Below, piece by piece: positions 59,044 through 64,000 of a stretch of DNA of 64,000 bases. The stretch spans positions 64,001 to 128,000 of the forward strand of contig CAWJQQ010000003.1 of NCBI GenBank assembly GCA_963845065.1. Direction: 5' to 3'. Positions within the stretch are counted from its first letter, which is position 1, and every line of letters begins with the position of its first letter. Both the position numbers and the translations under genes were made by a program. Below the pieces are notes generated by a model. It did no database searches. It saw only the letters and a program-made list of their open reading frames with translations, and had not been told where the DNA came from. Origin of the DNA: Nitrospirota bacterium (GTDB taxonomy: Bacteria > Nitrospirota > UBA9217).

Positions 59044-60147
59044 ATGGCCAATCTGCACGATCTGCTGAAGTACATGATTGAAAAGGGCGCTTCGGATCTT
59101 CATATTACGACTGGCGCAGCTCCGTCCATCCGCGTCGATGGCAAGATGAAACCGATACCCAGCCTCGAATCTCTTTCGGGGACACAAACGAAGGACCTCT
59201 GTTATAGTATTCTTACAGACGCCCAAAAACATAAGTTTGAGGAAAACAGCGAACTGGATCTTTCCTTTGGTATCAAAAACCTGTCACGGTTTCGTGCAAA
59301 TGTCTTTATGCAGCGTGGTGCAGTAGCGGCGGCAATCAGAACCATTCCTTTCAAAATCAAAACATTCAACGAACTTGGGTTGCCGGAAGTGGCATCGGAT
59401 CTCTGTAAAAAACCACGGGGCCTTGTTCTCGTTACCGGACCGACAGGCAGCGGCAAGTCTACTACACTTGCTTCGATGATCGATAAGATAAACAACGAGC
59501 GGCAGGAACATATCATCACGATCGAGGACCCGATCGAATACCTGCATCCTCACAAAAAATGTCTCGTGAACCAGCGTGAAGTTAACGCGGATACGAAGTC
59601 ATTTAAAGACGCATTGAAATACATCTTGCGCCAGGATCCCGATGTCGTTCTCGTGGGCGAAATGCGTGACCTTGAAACCATCGAGGCTGCCTTGACCATC
59701 GCTGAAACAGGACACTTGACTTTTGCTTCGCTCCATACTAATTCCGCAGTGCAGAGTATGAACCGCATTATCGATGTGTTCCCCCCCTACCAGCAAGCAC
59801 AGGTAAGGGCCCAATTGTCTTTTGTTCTGGAGGGAGTTATATCTCAACAACTCATACCAAAAATCGGAGGAGGACGTGTTCTCGCGCTCGAGGTCATGAT
59901 GCCGAACTCCGCAATACGGAATCTTATTCGCGAGGATAAGGTTCATCAAATTTACTCAATCATGCAGACAGGCCAGTCAAAATTCGGCATGCAGACATTG
60001 AACCAATCATTGTACGAACTCTATGTCAAAAAACTGATTTCTTATGAGGATTGCATTGGGAGGTCATCAGTTGTTGATGAACTCGTGCAGATGATTGGGC
60101 GATCAGGCCTTGCAGGTGCACAAATGGTCCAAAAAGAGTATAGATAA
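59044..60147 (+). CDS. pilT: Type IV pilus retraction ATPase PilT
   Basis: ASDLH, GPTGSGKST, AIRNLIRE and GMQT motifs. Confidence 0.96.
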   Translation: MANLHDLLKYMIEKGASDLHITTGAAPSIRVDGKMKPIPSLESLSGTQTKDLCYSILTDAQKHKFEENSELDLSFGIKNLSRFRANVFMQRGAVAAAIRTIPFKIKTFNELGLPEVASDLCKKPRGLVLVTGPTGSGKSTTLASMIDKINNERQEHIITIEDPIEYLHPHKKCLVNQREVNADTKSFKDALKYILRQDPDVVLVGEMRDLETIEAALTIAETGHLTFASLHTNSAVQSMNRIIDVFPPYQQAQVRAQLSFVLEGVISQQLIPKIGGGRVLALEVMMPNSAIRNLIREDKVHQIYSIMQTGQSKFGMQTLNQSLYELYVKKLISYEDCIGRSSVVDELVQMIGRSGLAGAQMVQKEYR

Positions 60148-60253
60148 TGCGAATACTCGCAGTACTCGGTACTTTTTTGAGTACTTCATGAAATGAATTA
60201 ACAGATCGGTTGTAATAAAACGACCAAGATTGTGAAATGGTAAGGAGTGACAA

Positions 60254-61465
60254 ATGGCTGCAAGCGTTTTTGTATGGGAAGGTAAAACACGACAGGGAGC
60301 AGTCCAAAAGGGGGAGCTTGCAGCAAACAGCAAAGAAGAAGTCGTCGCCCTACTTAGGAGACAGAATATCCTGCCGATCAATGTCTCAGCAAAGCCGAAG
60401 GAACTCAAGCTGAGTTTCGGATCGCCAAAAATCACCGATAAGGATATTGTGATTCTTACCAGACAGTTAGCAACGATGATCGATGCCGGTTTGCCACTCG
60501 TACAGTGTCTTGATATCCTCGGAAGCCAGACTGCAAACAAAGCTCTCGGCAAGGTTGTTGGGCAGGTCAGATCTGATGTGGAGAGCGGATCGACATTTGC
60601 CGATTCACTCAAAAAACACACGAAAGTATTTGATAATCTTTACGTTAATATGGTTGCTGCAGGCGAGGCTGGCGGTATACTCGACACCATCCTTCAGAGA
60701 CTTGCGATATATATGGAAAAGTTCGCAAGGATTAAGAAACAAATTAAATCTGCTATGATTTATCCTGCGGTAATCCTTTTTGTTGCCGTGTCAGTGGTCG
60801 CGCTGCTGATGATTGTCGTGGTACCCATGTTGGCGAATATGTTTGCCGATATGGGGCAGGCGTTGCCTTTACCGACCCGCATAGTAATCACGATCAGCAA
60901 CTTCCTTAAAGGCTGGGGTGGGCTGATTCTGCTGAGTGTGATAATCGCGTTCTTTGTCGGGCTCAAACAATTCAGAAGAACGGTAAGTGGTCTGAGGATT
61001 ACTGATGGTATTGCCTTGAAAATTCCGATAGTAGGGTCTTTGATACAAAGAGTTTCCGTGGCTAAGTTTACACGCACACTCGGGACGCTGCTTACAAGCG
61101 GAGTGCCAATTCTCGAAGGATTATTGATTGTTTCCCGAACTGCCGGCAATAAGGTAGTCGAGGAAGCAATCATGTTTACTCGACAGAGCGTGAGTGAAGG
61201 GAAAACGCTTGCCGATCCGCTTGGCAGGGCCAAAGTATTCCCCCAAATGGTTGTCCAAATGATTTCTGTCGGTGAAGCAACTGGCGCTTTGGATAGTATG
61301 CTGAATAAAATCGCTGATTTTTACGATGATGAAGTAGACGCGGCCGTATCGACGCTCACTTCGATGCTAGAACCAATACTCATGATTTTTTTGGGGACTG
61401 TTGTCGGCTTTGTTATCATCGCCATGTATATGCCAATATTCCAAATGGGATCAACTATCAAATAA
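60254..61465 (+). CDS. pilC: Type IV pilus platform protein PilC
   Basis: Two T2SSF domains; RQLATMIDAGLP, AGEAGG, AMYMPIF. Confidence 0.95.
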   Translation: MAASVFVWEGKTRQGAVQKGELAANSKEEVVALLRRQNILPINVSAKPKELKLSFGSPKITDKDIVILTRQLATMIDAGLPLVQCLDILGSQTANKALGKVVGQVRSDVESGSTFADSLKKHTKVFDNLYVNMVAAGEAGGILDTILQRLAIYMEKFARIKKQIKSAMIYPAVILFVAVSVVALLMIVVVPMLANMFADMGQALPLPTRIVITISNFLKGWGGLILLSVIIAFFVGLKQFRRTVSGLRITDGIALKIPIVGSLIQRVSVAKFTRTLGTLLTSGVPILEGLLIVSRTAGNKVVEEAIMFTRQSVSEGKTLADPLGRAKVFPQMVVQMISVGEATGALDSMLNKIADFYDDEVDAAVSTLTSMLEPILMIFLGTVVGFVIIAMYMPIFQMGSTIK

Positions 61466-61474
61466 AAATATTAC

Positions 61475-63166
61475 GTGGAACGAGAGTTTTCAAGAGAAGA
61501 ATATTCTGTACGCATAACGTGGCTCATCTGGAGCAGAGTAGTTCTTGCGACCTTTCTGGTCGGCACGCTCATTTTTTTCCAGCAGCGATATAGGATTTAT
61601 TCGTTCCAAATCATTGTTTTATATTATGTTCTCTTATCGGTTTATTTCTTTTCCGTACTCTACCGATACTTACTCAGTACCGTAAAAAACCTGCCTTTTC
61701 TTGGATATCTTCAAACTTCGATTGACATTCTTCTCGTAACATTCCTCGTATATCTTACCGGCGGCATCGACAGTGGCTTCTCAGTTCTCTATCATCTGAC
61801 TATTATATCGGCCAGTATTATTCTCTACCGCCGCGGAGGGTATCTGGCGGCATCTTTTGCAAGCATACTGTACGGAAGTATGTTGGATATGCAGTATTAC
61901 GATATTCTTTTTTTTAAACGAAATTTGAACTTTACTGCAGCACAAGTCATGTATCGGGTTTTTATCAACATTTTCTCTTTTTACCTAGTAGCACTTTTGA
62001 GCGGATACCTTGCCGAGCGCCTGCACAAAACTCACCAGGAACTCCACGAAAAAAGCATAGACTTTGATGATCTTCGTGTCCTCCAGGAACATATCTTGAA
62101 GAGTGTCGGAAATGGTATACTTACCATGGATTTGAGCGGCAATATTACTTCCTGGAATCCAGCTGCCGAACAGATAACCGGATACAGCTATGATGAAATA
62201 AAAAATAGGTGGCAGGATGTTTTCGGGAGCAGTATTAAAGAGCTATTTGGCCATACAGATGCTCTCAAGGAGCGACCCTTTCGTTTTAATAGGCAGCTCG
62301 TTAAAAAAGACGACAATCTAGTAAGCCTAGGCATGACAGCTTCACTCCTCAAAGACGGTACTAATGCAGTTCGCGGCATCATTCTGACCTTTCAGGATAT
62401 TACAAAAATTCTTGAAATGGAGGACCATCTCAGGAGGCAAGAACGATTAGCAACTGTCGGGAGCCTCGCTGCTGGAATTGCCCATGAGATACGAAATCCT
62501 CTTGCAGCTCTGAGCGGTTCTATTCAAGTTTTGCAGGGCGAACTCAAGCTGAAAGATGATAATAAGCGCCTCATGGATATCGTCGTGAATGAAACCGGCA
62601 GGCTCAATACCATCATTACGGAATTCCTTGAATATGCTCGTCCCGCAAGTGTTAAGACTGATCATATCGAACTCAATTCTTTGCTGGTTGAAACAATCAC
62701 ACTTTTAAGAAACAGTAAAAATTTTCAGGAAAATATTTCTGTACAGCGAAAAATTGACCCCCAAGTAGTTCTTAAAGGAGATTCCCAGCGACTGCGTCAG
62801 GTCTTCTGGAATCTTTTGATCAATGCCTGTCAGGCTATGCCGGATGGAGGCGTTTTAACAATCACTGCCACACCTTTTTTAAAAGCGGAAGATGATTCAA
62901 CTTGGTGTCAGATTATTATATCTGATACCGGGTTGGGAATTAACAATAATGACCTTCGTAAAATATTTGAGCCTTTTTTTACGACAAAAGCAGGAGGGAC
63001 AGGGCTTGGTTTGGCGATTGCGTATCGTATTATTGATGAACACGGGGGGAGCATCTCCGTGAACAGCGAACCTGGAAAGGGATCGCAGTTTAGAATCAGA
63101 CTGCCAATGTTCGAAAATGATGCTTTACCATTAGCTGCTAAAACGGCTTTTCTACAAGGATCCTGA
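61475..63166 (+). CDS. pilS: Sensor histidine kinase PilS
   Basis: Six TM segments, [12 protein letters not shown] boxes; lies between pilC and pilR. Confidence 0.88.
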   Translation: MEREFSREEYSVRITWLIWSRVVLATFLVGTLIFFQQRYRIYSFQIIVLYYVLLSVYFFSVLYRYLLSTVKNLPFLGYLQTSIDILLVTFLVYLTGGIDSGFSVLYHLTIISASIILYRRGGYLAASFASILYGSMLDMQYYDILFFKRNLNFTAAQVMYRVFINIFSFYLVALLSGYLAERLHKTHQELHEKSIDFDDLRVLQEHILKSVGNGILTMDLSGNITSWNPAAEQITGYSYDEIKNRWQDVFGSSIKELFGHTDALKERPFRFNRQLVKKDDNLVSLGMTASLLKDGTNAVRGIILTFQDITKILEMEDHLRRQERLATVGSLAAGIAHEIRNPLAALSGSIQVLQGELKLKDDNKRLMDIVVNETGRLNTIITEFLEYARPASVKTDHIELNSLLVETITLLRNSKNFQENISVQRKIDPQVVLKGDSQRLRQVFWNLLINACQAMPDGGVLTITATPFLKAEDDSTWCQIIISDTGLGINNNDLRKIFEPFFTTKAGGTGLGLAIAYRIIDEHGGSISVNSEPGKGSQFRIRLPMFENDALPLAAKTAFLQGS

Positions 63167-63180
63167 GGAACAGGAGAGGC

Positions 63181-64000
63181 ATGAGTAAAATTCTTGTTGT
63201 TGATGACGAGCAAAGTATGAGAGATTTTCTCGCAATCATGCTAAAAAAAGAGGGCCATGATGTTGTGACGGCCGAGAATGGTACCAGTGCGATGAAAGCA
63301 GTACAATCTGAGATATTTGATCTCGTGATCAGCGACATTAAAATGCCGGGAATGGATGGCATTGACGTGCTTAAAACTACAAAAGAGATATCGCCAGAAA
63401 CAATTGTCATCATGATTACCGCCTTTGCAACTACTGAGACAGCAATAGAGGCAATGAAGCTTGGAGCGTACGATTACCTCATTAAGCCTTTTAAGGTAGA
63501 TGAGCTGAAGCTTATTATCAATAATTCTCTCGAGAAGCGTCACTTACGAAAGGAGAATATTCTTCTTAAACGAGAAATTGAAGCCCGCGCCGGATTCGTG
63601 AATTTTATCGGGAAGAGTGAACCCATGCAGAAGGTATTTGCTCTCATTCAAAAAATTGCCGAAACGAGTAGTACCGTTTTGATTACCGGGGAGAGCGGTA
63701 CTGGAAAAGAGCTCGTTGCCAGAGCGATCCATTTCAATAGCCCCCGTAGAAACGGCCCCTTTGTTACGGTCAATTGCGGAGCACTGCCAGAGACGCTGCT
63801 CGAAAGCGAATTGTTTGGATATATGAAAGGCGCATTTACCGGTGCTACATCGAACAAACAGGGACTTTTTGAAGCGGCACATAGCGGAGTTATTTTCCTA
63901 GATGAGATAAGTACAACACCGTTGGCACTGCAGGTCAAACTGTTGCGCGTTCTCCAGGAGCGAGAATTTATGCGCGTAGGGGGGACAACGGACATTAAAG
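63181..64000 (+). CDS. pilR: Sigma54-dependent response regulator PilR (partial, runs off window)
   Basis: ATG 63181 [35 protein letters not shown]. Confidence 0.9.
   Translation, partial: MSKILVVDDEQSMRDFLAIMLKKEGHDVVTAENGTSAMKAVQSEIFDLVISDIKMPGMDGIDVLKTTKEISPETIVIMITAFATTETAIEAMKLGAYDYLIKPFKVDELKLIINNSLEKRHLRKENILLKREIEARAGFVNFIGKSEPMQKVFALIQKIAETSSTVLITGESGTGKELVARAIHFNSPRRNGPFVTVNCGALPETLLESELFGYMKGAFTGATSNKQGLFEAAHSGVIFLDEISTTPLALQVKLLRVLQEREFMRVGGTTDIK

Noticed and set aside
60150..60200. GTACT repeats and an AGTACTC/GAGTACT hairpin between pilT and pilC
   Set aside because: Short and weak; at most an mRNA stability or termination element.
1..64000. CRISPR array, tRNA or rRNA
   Set aside because: No regularly spaced direct repeats or cloverleaf/rRNA signatures were seen by eye; the repeats found are IS ends.

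Overview
Bacterial chromosomal window. Gene content and the aroE-pilB-pilT-pilC-pilS-pilR order suggest an anaerobic Nitrospirota/Desulfobacterota-type organism (inference). Positions 1-159 are the 3' end of glgC. About 160-53,700 is a decayed accessory region. Its mobile elements include an IS110 right end with an apparently intact structured non-coding end, an IS21-like element split by a complete RIT (three tyrosine recombinases), a group II intron 3' remnant, two apparently identical IS1634 copies with distinct TSDs, IS3, IS4, IS1182, an IS200/IS605 TnpB and 47-bp and 124-bp hairpin mini-elements. Its cargo includes a thiolase and acyl-CoA dehydrogenase, a TauE/DUF1634/USP/phosphorelay cluster, SDR, XdhC, a heptaheme cytochrome, YihY, ZnuACB, SulP, USP, a NosL/PCuAC/ABC copper module, a selenocysteine-containing SbtA RiPP precursor with a broken SbtM radical SAM gene, a serine hydrolase and MarR. 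Many pseudogenes are present (xfp, pal, mocA, PRC-barrel, multiheme cytochrome, second glgC, second ritC, divergent RuvC/TnpB-like nuclease). From 53.9 kb to the end the genes are core-like (pgsA, DUF512, aroE, type IV pilus pilB/T/C/S/R). The most notable signals are: (i) a candidate IS110 bridge-type RNA with three repeated guide loops, one matching the element's own end over 9 nt; (ii) a UGA-recoded Sec RiPP precursor with a SECIS-like hairpin, next to copper chaperones; (iii) exactly resolvable RIT junctions; (iv) a rearranged-RuvC TnpB with a consensus promoter and 47-bp derivatives; (v) an orphan retron-like ncRNA. No CRISPR array, tRNA or rRNA was seen. All family assignments come from reading motifs by eye, not from database searches.
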